A DNA stretch of 64,000 nucleotides from Eledone cirrhosa (lineage: Eukaryota): the NCBI GenBank assembly GCA_964016885.1, contig CAXHJY010001634.1, positions 6,001 through 70,000 of the forward strand, in the 5' to 3' direction. This document shows positions 31,201 through 46,200 of this stretch, one piece after another. Position numbers and translations under genes: made by a program. The notes beneath the pieces were generated by a model, which worked only from the letters and a program-made list of their open reading frames with translations, was not told the origin of the DNA and did not search any database. Positions within the stretch are counted from its first letter, which is position 1. Every line of letters starts with the position of its first letter.

Positions 31201-34200
31201 ACAACAACAACAACAGCGGCACCAATGTCTACAACAACAACAACAACAGCGGCACCAATGTCTACAACAACAACAACAACAGCGACACCAATGTCTACAA
31301 CAACAACAACAACAGCGGCACCAGTGTCTACAACAACAACAACAACACCGGCACCAATGTCTACAACAACAACAGCGGCACCAATGTCTACAACAACAGC
31401 AACAACAGCGGCACCAATGTCTACAACAACAACAACAGCGGCACCAATGTCTACAACAACAACAACAACAGCGGCACCAATGTCTACAACAACAACAACA
31501 ACAACAACAGCGGCACCAATGTCTACAACAACAACAACAGCGGCACCAATGTCTACAACAACAACAACAACAGCGGCACCAATGTCTACAACAACAACAA
31601 CAACAACAACAGCGGCACCAATGTCTACAACAACAACAACAACAGCGGCACCAATGTCTACAACAACAACAACAACAGCGGCACCAATGTCTACAACAAC
31701 AACAACAACAGCGGCACCAATGTGTACAACAACAACAACAACAGCGGCACCAATGTCTACAACAACAACAACAGCGGCACCAATGTCTACAACAACAACA
31801 ACAACAGCGGCACCAATGTCTACAACAACAACAACAACAGCGGCACCAATGTCTACAACAACAACAACGGCACCAACGTCTACAACAACAACAGCGGCAC
31901 CAGTGTCTACAACAACAACAGCGGCACCAATGTCTACAACAACAACAACAGCGGCACCAACGTCTACAACAACAACAGCGGCACCAGTGTCTACAACAAC
32001 AACAGCGGCACCAATGTCTACAACAACAACAACAACAGCGGCACCAATGTCTACAACAACAACAACAACAACAGCGGCACCAATGTCTACAACAACAACA
32101 ACAGCGGCACCAATGTCTACAACAACAACAGCGGCACCAATGTCTACAACAACAACAACAACAACAGCGGCACCAATGTCTACAACAACAACAACAGCGG
32201 CACCAATGTCTACAACAACAACAACAGCGGCACCAATGTCTACAACAACAACAACAGCGGCACCAATGTCTACAACAACAACAACAGCGGCACCAATGTC
32301 TACAACAACAACAACACCGGCACCAATGTCTACAACAACAACAACAGCGGCACCAATGTCTACAACAACAACAACAGCGGCACCAATGTCTACAACAACA
32401 ACAACACCGGCACCAATGTCTACAACAACAACAACAGCGGCACCAATGTCTACAACAACAACAACAGCGGCACCAATGTCTACAACAACAACAACACCGG
32501 CACCAATGTCTACAACAGCAACAACACCGGCACCAATGTCTACAACAACAACAACAGCGGCACCAATGTCTACAACAACAACAACAACAGCGGCACCAAT
32601 GTCTACAACAACAACAACAACAGCGGCACCAATGTCTACAACAACAACAACAACAGCGGCACCAATATCTACAACAACAACAACAGCGGCACCAATGTCT
32701 ACAACAACAGCAACAACAGCGGCACCAATGTCTACAACAACAACAACAGCGGCACCAATGTCTACAACAACAACAACAGCGGCACCAATGTCTACAACAG
32801 CAACAACACCGGCACCAATGTCTACAACAACAACAACAGCGGCACCAATGTCTACAACAACAACAACACCGGCACCAATGTCTACAACAACAACAACAGC
32901 GGCACCAATGTCTACAACAACAACAACAGCGGCACCAATGTCTACAACAACAACAACAGCGGCACCAATGTCTACAACAACAACAACAGCGGCACCAATG
33001 TCTACAACAGCAACAACACCGGCACCAATGTCTACAACAACAACAACAGCGGCACCAATGTCTACAACAACAACAACAACAGCGGCACCAATGTCTACAA
33101 CAACAACAACAACAGCGGCACCAATGTCTACAACAACAACAACAACAGCGGCACCAATATCTACAACAACAACAACAGCGGCACCAATGTCTACAACAAC
33201 AACAACACCGGCACCAATGTCTACAACAACAACAACAGCGGCACCAATGTCTACAACAACAAAAACAGCGGCACCAATGTCTACAACAACAACAACAACA
33301 GCGGCACCAATGTCTACAACAACAACAACAGCAACGGCACCAATGTCTACAACAACAACAACAGCGGCACCAATGTCTACAACAACAACAACAACACCGG
33401 CACCAATGTCTACAACAACAACAACAGCGGCACCAATGTCTACAACAACAGCAACAACAGCGGCACCAGTGTCTACAACAACAACAGCGGCACCAATGTC
33501 TACAACAACAACAACACCGGCACCAATGTCTACAACAACAACAACAACAGCGGCACCAATGTCTACAACAACAACAACAGCGGCACCAATGTCTACAACA
33601 ACAACAACAGCGGCACCAATGTCTACAACAACAACAACAGCGGCACCAATGTCTACAACAACAACAACAGCGGCACCAATGTCTACAACAACAACAACAC
33701 CGGCACCAATGTCTACAACAACAACAACAACAGCGGCACCAATGTCTACAACAACAACAACAGCGGCACCAATGTCTACAACAACAACAACAGCGGCACC
33801 AATGTCTACAACAACAACAACAGCGGCACCAATGTCTACAACAACAACACCGGCACCAATGTCTACAACAACAACAACAGCGGCACTAATGTCTACAACA
33901 ACAACAACAACAGCGGTACCAATGTCTACAACAACAACAACAGCGGCACCAATGTCTACAACAACAACACGGGCACCAATGTCTACAACAACAACAACAG
34001 CGGCACCAATGTCTACAACAACAACACCGGCACCAATGTCTACAACAACAACAACAGCGGCACCAATGTCTACAACAACAACAACACCGGCACCAATGTC
34101 TACAACAACAACAACAGCGGCACCAATGTCTACAACAACAACAACAGCGGCACCAATGTCTACAACAACAACAACACAGGCACCAATGTCTACAACAACA

Positions 34201-37200
34201 ACAACACAGGCACCAATGTCTACAACAACAACAACAACAGCGGCACCAATGTCTACAACAACAACAACAGCGGCACCAATGTCTACAACAACAACAACAA
34301 CAGCGGCACCAATGTCTACAACAACAACAACACCGGCACCAATGTCTACAACAACAACAACAGCGGCACCAATGTCTACAACAACAACAACAGCGGCACC
34401 AATGTCTACAACAACAACAACACAGGCACCAATGTCTACAACAACAACAACACAGGCACCAATGTCTACAACAACAACAACACCGGCACCAATGTCTACA
34501 ACAACAACATCAGCGGCACCAATGTCTACAACAACAACAACACCGGCACCAATATCTACAACAACAACAACAGCGGCACCAATGTCTACAACAACAACAA
34601 CAGCGGCACCAATGTCTACAACAACAACACCGGCACCAATGTCTACAACAACAACAACAGCGGCACCAATGTCTACAACAACAACAACAGTGGCACCAAT
34701 GTCTACAACAACAACAACAGCGGCACCAATGTCTACAACAACAACAACAGCGGCACGAATGTCTACAACAACAACAACAACTCCGGCACCAATATCTACA
34801 ACAACAACAACAACAGCGGCACCAATGTCTACAACAACAACAACAGCGGCACCAATGTCTACAACAACAACAACAACAACAACAACACCGGCACCAATGT
34901 CTACAACAACAACAACAACAACAACACCGGCACCAATGTCTACAACAACAACAACAGCGGCACCAATGTCTACAACAACAACAACAACAACAACACCGGC
35001 ACCAATGTCTACAACAACAACAACACCGGCACCAATGTCTACAACAACAACAACAGCGGCACCAATGTCTACAAAAACAACAACAACAGCGGCACCAATG
35101 TCTACAACAACAACAACAGCGGCACCAATGTCTACAACAACAACAACAACAGCGGCACCAATGTCTACAACAACAACAACAACAGCGGCACCAATGTCTA
35201 CAACAACAACAACAACACCGGCACCAATGTCTACAACAACAACAACAACAGCGGCACCAATGTCTACAACAACAACAACAGCGGCACCAGTGTCTACAAC
35301 AACAACAACAACAACGGCACCAATGTCTACAACAACAACAACAGCGGCACCAATGTCTACAACAACAGCAACAACAGCGGCACCAATGTCTACAACAACA
35401 ACAACAGCGGCACCAATGTCTACAACAACAACAACAGCGGCACCAATGTCTACAACAACAACAACAACAGCGGCACCAATGTCTACAACAACAACAACAA
35501 CAACAACAGCGGCACCAATGTCTACAACAACAACAACAACAACAGCGGCACCAATGTCTACAACAACAACAACAACAGCGGCACCAATGTCTACAACAAC
35601 AACAACAGCGGCACCAATGTCTACAACAACAACAACAACACCGGCACCAATGTCTACAACAACAATAACAACAGCGGCACCAATGTCTACAACAACAACA
35701 ACAACACCGGCACCAATGTCTACAACAACAACAACAGCGGCACCAATGTCTACAACAACAACAACAACAGCGGCACCAATGTCTACAACAACAACAATAA
35801 CAGCGGCACCAATGTCTACAACAACAACAATAACAGCGGCACCAATGTCTACAACAACAACAACAACAACAACAGCGGCACCAATGTCTACAACAACAAC
35901 AACAGCGGCACCAATGTCTACAACAACAACAACAACACCGGCACCAATGTCTACAACAACAATAACAACAGCGGCACCAATGTCTACAACAACAACAACA
36001 ACACCGGCACCAATGTCTACAACAACAACAACAGCGGCACCAATGTCTACAACAACAACAACAACAGCGGCACCAATGTCTACAACAACAACAACAACAG
36101 CGGCACCAATGTCTACAACAACAACAACAACAGCGGCACCAATGTCTACAACAACAACAACAACAGCGGCACCAATGTCTACAACAACAACAACAACACC
36201 GGCACCAATGTCTACAACAACAACAACAACACCGGCACCAATGTCTACAACAACAACAACAACAACAACAGCGGCACCAATGTCTACAACAACAACAACA
36301 ACAACAGCGGCACCAATGTCTACAACAACAACAACAACAGCGGCACCAATGTCTACAACAACAACAACAACAACAACAGCGGCACCAATGTCTACAACAA
36401 CAACAACAACAGCGGCACCAATGTCTACAACAACAACAACAACAACAACAGCGGCACCAATGTCTACAACAACAACAACAACACCGGCACCAATGTCTAC
36501 AACAACAACAACAGCGGCACCAATGTCTACAACAACTACAACAACAGCAGCACCAAGGTCTACAACAACAACAACAACTCCGGCACCAATGTCTACAACA
36601 ACAACAGCGGCACCAATGTCTACAACAACAACAACAGCGGCACCAATGTCTACAACAACAACAACAGCGGCACCAATGTCTACAACAACAACAACACCGG
36701 CACCAATGTCTACAACAACAACAACAACACCGGCACCAATGTCTACAACAACAACAACAGCGGCACCAATGTCTACAACAACAACAACAGCGGCACCAAT
36801 GTCTACAACAACAACAACAGCGGCACCAATGTCTACAACAACAGCAACAACAGCGGCACCAATGTCTACAACAACAACAGCGGCACCAATGTCTACAACA
36901 ACAACAATAACAGCGGCACCAATGTCTACAACAACAACAACAGCGGCACCAATGTCTACAACAACAGCAACAACAGCGGCACCAGTGTCTACAACAACAA
37001 CAGCGGCACCAATGTCTACAACAACATCAACACCGGCACCAATGTCTACAACAACAACAACAGCGGCACCAATGTCTACAACAACAACAACAGCGGCACC
37101 AATGTCTACAACAACAACAACAGCGGCACCAATGTCTACAACAACAACAACAACAGCGGCACCAATGTCTACAACAACAACAACAACACCGGCACCAATT

Positions 37201-40200
37201 TCTACAACAACAACAACAGCGGCACCAATGTCTACAACAACAACAACAGCGGCACCAATGTCTACAACAACAACAACACCGGCACCAATGTCTACAACAA
37301 CAACAACAGCGGCACCAATGTCTACAACAACAACAACAGCGGCACCAATGTCTACAACAACAACAACAACAGCGGCACCAATGTCTACAACAACAACAAC
37401 AACAACGGCACCAATGTCTACAACAACAACAACAGCGGCACCAATGTCTACAACAACAACAACAACACCGGCACCAATGTCTACAACAACAACAACAGCG
37501 GCACCAATGTCTACAACAACAGCAACAACAGCGGCACCAGTGTCTACAACAACAACAGCGGCACCAATGTCTACAACAACAACAACACCGGCACCAATGT
37601 CTACAACAACAACAACAACAGCGGCACCAATGTCTACAACAACAACAACAGCGGCACCAATGTCTACAACAACAACAACAGCGGCACCAATGTCTACAAC
37701 AACAACAACAGCGGCACCAATGTCTACAACAACAACAACAGCGGCACCAATGTCTACAACAACAACAACACCGGCACCAACGTCTACAACAACAACAACA
37801 ACAGCGGCACCAATGTCTACAACAACAACAACAGCGGCACCAATGTCTACAACAACAACAACACCGGCACCAATGTCTACAACAACAACAACAGCGGCAC
37901 CAATGTCTACAACAACAACAACAGCGGCACCAATGTCTACAACAACAACAACAGCGGCACCAATGTCTACAACAACAACACCGGCACCAATGTCTACAAC
38001 AACAACAACAGCGGCACTAATGTCTACAACAACAACAACAACAGCGGCACCAATGTCTACAACAACAACACGGGCACCAATGTCTACAACAACAACAAAA
38101 CCGGCACCAATGTCTACAACAACAACAACAGCGGCACCAATGTCTACAACAACAACAACACCGGCACCAATGTCTACAACAACAACAACAGCGGCACCAA
38201 TGTCTACAACAACAACAACAGCGGCACCAATGTCTACAACAACAACAACACAGGCACCAATGTCTACAACAACAACAACACAGGCACCAATGTCTACAAC
38301 AACAACAACAACAGCGGCACCAATGTCTACAACAACAACAACAGCGGCACCAATGTCTACAACAACAACAACAACAGCGGCACCAATGTCTACAACAACA
38401 ACAACACCGGCACCAATGTCTACAACAACAACAACAGCGGCACCAATGTCTACAACAACAACAACAACACCGGCACCAATGTCTACAACAACAACAACAA
38501 CAGCGGCACCAATGTCTACAACAACAACAACAACAGCGGCACCAATGTCTACAACAACAACAACAGCGGCACCAATGTCTACAACAACAACAACAACAGC
38601 GGCACCAATGTCTACAACAACAACAACAGCGGCACCAATGTCTACAACAACAACAACAACAGCGGCACCAATGTCTACAACAACAACAACAGCGGCACCA
38701 ACGTCTACAACAACAACAACAGCGGCACCAATGTCTACAACAACAACAACAGCGGCACCAATGTCTACAACAACAACAACACCGGCACCAATGTCTACAA
38801 CAACAGCAACAACAGCGGCACCAATGTCTACAACAACAACAACAACAGCGGCACCAACGTCTACAACAACAACAACAGCGGCACCAATGTCTACAACAAC
38901 AACAACACAGGCACCAATGTCTACAACAACAACAACAACAGCGGCACCAATGTCTACAACAACAACAACAGTGGCACCAATGTCTACAACAACAACAACA
39001 GCGGCACCAATGTCTACAACAACAACAACAGCGGCACCAATGTCTACAACAACAACAACACAGGCACCAATGTCTACAACAACAACAACACCGGCACCAA
39101 TGTCTACAACAACAACATCAGCGGCACCAATGTCTACAACAACAACAACACCGGCACCAATGTCTACAACAACAACATCAGCGGCACCAATGTCTACAAC
39201 AACAACAACACCGGCACCAATGTCTACAACAACAACATCAGCGGCACCAATGTCTACAACAACAACAACACCGGCACCAATATCTACAACAACAACAACA
39301 GCGGCACCAATGTCTACAACAACAACAACAGCGGCACCAATGTCTACAACAACAACAACAGCGGCACCAATGTCTACAACAACTACAACAACAGCAGCAC
39401 CAAGGTCTACAACAACAACAACAACTCCGGCACCAATGTCTACAACAACAACAGCGGCACCAATGTCTACAACAACAACAACAGCGGCACCAATGTCTAC
39501 AACAACAACAACAGCGGCACCAATGTCTACAACAACAACAACACCGGCATCAATGTCTACAACAACAACAACAACACCGGCACCAATGTCTACAACAACA
39601 ACAACAGCGGCACCAATGTCTACAACAACAACAACAGCGGCACCAATGTCTACAACAACAACAACAGCGGCACCAATGTCTACAACAACAGCAACAACAG
39701 CGGCACCAATGTCTACAACAACAACAGCGGCACCAATGTCTACAACAACAACAATAACAGCGGCACCAATGTCTACAACAACAACAACAGCGGCACCAAT
39801 GTCTACAACAACAGCAACAACAGCGGCACCAGTGTCTACAACAACAACAGCGGCACCAATGTCTACAACAACATCAACACCGGCACCAATGTCTACAACA
39901 ACAACAACAGCGGCACCAATGTCTACAACAACAACAACAGCGGCACCAATGTCTACAACAACAACAACAGCGGCACCAATGTCTACAACAACAACAACAA
40001 CAGCGGCACCAATGTCTACAACAACAACAACAACACCGGCACCAATTTCTACAACAACAACAACAGCGGCACCAATGTCTACAACAACAACAACAGCGGC
40101 ACCAATGTCTACAACAACAACAACACCGGCACCAATGTCTACAACAACAACAACAGCGGCACCAATGTCTACAACAACAACAACAGCGGCACCAATGTCT

Positions 40201-43200
40201 ACAACAACAACAACAACAGCGGCACCAATGTCTACAACAACAACAACAACAACGGCACCAATGTCTACAACAACAACAACAGCGGCACCAATGTCTACAA
40301 CAACAACAACAACACCGGCACCAATGTCTACAACAACAACAACAGCGGCACCAATGTCTACAACAACAGCAACAACAGCGGCACCAGTGTCTACAACAAC
40401 AACAGCGGCACCAATGTCTACAACAACAACAACACCGGCACCAATGTCTACAACAACAACAACAACAGCGGCACCAATGTCTACAACAACAACAACAGCG
40501 GCACCAATGTCTACAACAACAACAACAGCGGCACCAATGTCTACAACAACAACAACAGCGGCACCAATGTCTACAACAACAACAACAGCGGCACCAATGT
40601 CTACAACAACAACAACACCGGCACCAACGTCTACAACAACAACAACAACAGCGGCACCAATGTCTACAACAACAACAACAGCGGCACCAATGTCTACAAC
40701 AACAACAACACCGGCACCAATGTCTACAACAACAACAACAGCGGCACCAATGTCTACAACAACAACAACAGCGGCACCAATGTCTACAACAACAACAACA
40801 GCGGCACCAATGTCTACAACAACAACACCGGCACCAATGTCTACAACAACAACAACAGCGGCACTAATGTCTACAACAACAACAACAACAGCGGCACCAA
40901 TGTCTACAACAACAACACGGGCACCAATGTCTACAACAACAACAAAACCGGCACCAATGTCTACAACAACAACAACAGCGGCACCAATGTCTACAACAAC
41001 AACAACACCGGCACCAATGTCTACAACAACAACAACAGCGGCACCAATGTCTACAACAACAACAACAGCGGCACCAATGTCTACAACAACAACAACACAG
41101 GCACCAATGTCTACAACAACAACAACACAGGCACCAATGTCTACAACAACAACAACAACAGCGGCACCAATGTCTACAACAACAACAACAGCGGCACCAA
41201 TGTCTACAACAACAACAACAACAGCGGCACCAATGTCTACAACAACAACAACACCGGCACCAATGTCTACAACAACAACAACAGCGGCACCAATGTCTAC
41301 AACAACAACAACAACACCGGCACCAATGTCTACAACAACAACAACAACAGCGGCACCAATGTCTACAACAACAACAACAACAGCGGCACCAATGTCTACA
41401 ACAACAACAACAGCGGCACCAATGTCTACAACAACAACAACAACAGCGGCACCAATGTCTACAACAACAACAACAGCGGCACCAATGTCTACAACAACAA
41501 CAACAACAGCGGCACCAATGTCTACAACAACAACAACAGCGGCACCAACGTCTACAACAACAACAACAGCGGCACCAATGTCTACAACAACAACAACAGC
41601 GGCACCAATGTCTACAACAACAACAACACCGGCACCAATGTCTACAACAACAGCAACAACAGCGGCACCAATGTCTACAACAACAACAACAACAGCGGCA
41701 CCAACGTCTACAACAACAACAACAGCGGCACCAATGTCTACAACAACAACAACACAGGCACCAATGTCTACAACAACAACAACAACAGCGGCACCAATGT
41801 CTACAACAACAACAACAGTGGCACCAATGTCTACAACAACAACAACAGCGGCACCAATGTCTACAACAACAACAACAGCGGCACAAATGTCTACAACAAC
41901 AACAACACAGGCACCAATGTCTACAACAACAACAACACCGGCACCAATGTCTACAACAACAACATCAGCGGCACCAATGTCTACAACAACAACAACACCG
42001 GCACCAATGTCTACAACAACAACATCAGCGGCACCAATGTCTACAACAACAACAACACCGGCACCAATGTCTACAACAACAACATCAGCGGCACCAATGT
42101 CTACAACAACAACAACACCGGCACCAATATCTACAACAACAACAACAGCGGCACCAATGTCTACAACAACAACAACAGCGGCACCAATGTCTACAACAAC
42201 AACAACAGCGGCACCAATGTCTACAACAACAACAACACCGGCACCAATGTCTACAACAACAACAACAGCGGCACCAATGTCTACAACAACAACAACACCG
42301 GCACCAATGTCTACAACAACAACAACAGCGGCACCAATGTCTACAACAACAACAACAACAGCGGCACCAATGTCTACAACAACAACATCAGCGGCACCAA
42401 TGTCTACAACAACAACAACAGCGGCACCAATGTCTACAACAACAACAACACCGGCACCAATGTCTACAACAACAACAACAGCGGCACCAATGTCTACAAC
42501 AACAACAACACCGGCACCAATGTCTACAACAACAACAACAGCGGCACCAATGTCTACAACAACAACATCAGCGGCACCAATGTCTACAACAACAACATCA
42601 GCGGCACCAATGTCTACAACAACAACAACAGCGGCACCAATGTCTACAACAACAACAACACCGGCACCAATGTCTACAACAACAACATCAGCGGCACCAA
42701 TGTCTACAACAACAACAACAGCGGCACCAATGTCTACAACAACAACAACACCGGCACCAATATCTACAACAACAACAACAGCGGCACCAATGTCTACAAC
42801 AACAACAACAGCGGCACCAATGTCTACAACAACAACAACACCGGCACCAATGTCTACAACAACAACATCAGCGGCACCAATGTCTACAACAACAACAACA
42901 CCGGCACCAATATCTACAACAACAACAACAGCGGCACCAATGTCTACAACAACAACAACAGCGGCACCAATGTCTACAACAACAACAACACCGGCACCAA
43001 TGTCTACAACAACAACATCAGCGGCACCAATGTCTACAACAACAACAACACCGGCACCAATGTCTACAACAACAACATCAGCGGCACCAATGTCTACAAC
43101 AACAACAACACCGGCACCAATATCTACAACAACAACAACAGCGGCACCAATGTCTACAACAACAACAACAGCGGCACCAATGTCTACAACAACAACAACA

Positions 43201-46200
43201 CCAGCACCAATGTCTACAACAACAACATCAGCGGCACCAATGTCTACAACAACAACAACACCGGCACCAATGTCTACAACAACAACAACAGCGGCACCAA
43301 TGTCTACAACAACAACAACACCGGCACCAATGTCTACAACAACAACATCAGCGGCACCAATGTCTACAACAACAACAACAGCGGCACCAATGTCTACAAC
43401 AACAACAACACCGGCACCAATATCTACAACAACAACAACAGCGGCACCAATGTCTACAACAACAACAACAGCGGCACCAATGTCTACAACAACAACAACA
43501 GCGGCACCAATGTCTACAACAACAACAACACCGGCACCAATGTCTACAACAACAACATCAGCGGCACCAATGTCTACAACAACAACAACAGCGGCACCAA
43601 TGTCTACAACAACAACAACACCGGCACCAATATCTACAACAACAACAACAGTGGCACCAATGTCTACAACAACAACAACAGCGGCACCAATGTCTACAAC
43701 AACAACACCGGCACCAATGTCTACAACAACAACAACAGTGGCACCAATGTCTACAACAACAACAACAGCGGCACCAATGTCTACAACAACAACAACAGCG
43801 GCACGAATGTCTACAACAACAACAACAACTCCGGCACCAATATCTACAACAACAACAACAACAGCGGCACCAATGTCTACAACAACAACAACAGCGGCAC
43901 CAATGTCTACAACAACAACAACAACAACAACTCCGGCACCAATATCTACAACAACAACAACAACAGCGGCACCAATGTCTACAACAACAACAACAGCGGC
44001 ACCAATGTCTACAACAACAACAACAGCGGCACCAATGTCTACAACAACAACAACAGCGGCACCAATGTCTACAACAACAACAACAACAGCGGCACCAATG
44101 TCTACAACAACAACAACAACAACAACAGCGGCACCAATGTCTACAACAACAACAACAACAGCGGCACCAATGTCTACAACAACAACAACAACAGCGGCAC
44201 CAATGTCTACAACAACAACAACAACACCGGCACCAATGTCTACAACAACAACAACAACAGCGGCACCAATGTCTACAACAACAACAACAACAGCGGCACC
44301 AATGTCTACAACAACAACAACAACAACAACAGCGGCACCAATGTCTACAACAACAACAACAACAGCGGCACCAATGTCTACAACAACAACAATAACAGCG
44401 GCACCAATGTCTACAACAACAACAACAGCGGCACCAATGTCTACAACAACAACAACAACACCGGCACCAATGTCTACAACAACAATAACAACAGCGGCAC
44501 CAATGTCTACAACAACAACAACAACACCGGCACCAATGTCTACAACAACAACAACAGCGGCACCAATGTCTACAACAACAACAACAACAGCGGCACCAAT
44601 GTCTACAACAACAACAACAACAGCGGCACCAATGTCTACAACAACAACAACAACAGCGGCACCAATGTCTACAACAACAACAACAACAGCGGCACCAATG
44701 TCTACAACAACAACAACAACACCGGCACCAATGTCTACAACAACAACAACAGCGGCACCAATGTCTACAACAACAACAACAGCGGCACCAATGTCTACAA
44801 CAACAACAACAACAACAACAACAGCGGCACCAATGTCTACAACAACAACAACAACAACAACAGCGGCACCAATGTCTACAACAACAACAACAACAGCGGC
44901 ACCAATGTCTACAACAACAACAATAACAGCGGCACCAATGTCTACAACAACAACAACAGCGGCACCAATGTCTACAACAACAACAACACCGGCACCAATG
45001 TCTACAACAACAATAACAACAGCGGCACCAATGTCTACAACAACAACAACAACACCGGCACCAATGTCTACAACAACAACAACAGCGGCACCAATGTCTA
45101 CAACAACAACAACAGCGGCACCAATGTCTACAACAACAACAACAACAACAGCGGCACCAATGTCTACAACAACAACAACAGCGGCACCAATGTCTACAAC
45201 AACAACAACAACAGCGGCACCAATGTCTACAACAACAACAACAACAGCGGCACCAATGTCTACAACAACAACAACAACAGCGGCACCAATGTCTACAACA
45301 ACAACAACAACAGCGGCACCAATGTCTACAACAACAACAACAACAGCGGCACCAATGTCTACAACAACAACAACAACAGCGGCACCAATGTCTACAACAA
45401 CAACAACAACACCGGCACCAATGTCTACAACAACAACAACAACACCGGCACCAATGTCTACAACAACAACAACAGCGGCACCAATGTCTACAACAACAAC
45501 AACAACAGCGGCACCAATGTCTACAACAACAACAACAACAACAACAGCGGCACCAATGTCTACAACAACAACAACAACAGCGGCACCAATGTCTACAACA
45601 ACAACAACAACACCGGCACCAATGTCTACAACAACAACAAAAGCGGCACCAATGTCTACAACAACAACAACAACACCGGCACCAATGTCTACAACAACAA
45701 CAACAACAGCGGCACCAATGTCTACAACAACAACAACAGCGGCACCAATGTCTACAACAACAACAACAACAGCGGCACCAATGTCTACAACAACAACAAC
45801 AACAACAACAGCGGCACCAATGTCTACAACAACAACAACAACACCGGCACCAATGTCTACAACAACAACAACAACAGTGGCACCAATGTCTACAACAACA
45901 ACAACAGCGGCACCAATGTCTACAACAACAACAACAACACCGGCACCAATGTCTACAACAACAACAACAACAGCGGCACCAATGTCTACAACAACAACAA
46001 CAGCGGCACCAATGTCTACAACAACAACAACAACAGCGGCACCAATGTCTACAACAACAACAACAACAACAACAGCGGCACCAATGTCTACAACAACAAC
46101 AACAACACCGGCACCAATGTCTACAACAACAACAACAGCGGCACCAATGTCTACAACAACAACAACAACAGCGGCACCAATGTCTACAACAACAACAACA

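Noticed and set aside
40864-41886. Minus-strand 340-aa Cys-rich ORF (RHWCRCCCCC)n, superficially metallothionein- or keratin-associated-like
   Set aside because: It is the codon-for-codon antisense of the Thr register. Its TTG start comes from a single private variant (CAA 41884) and its stop from a CTA variant. This frame is closed at every CTA/TCA variant.
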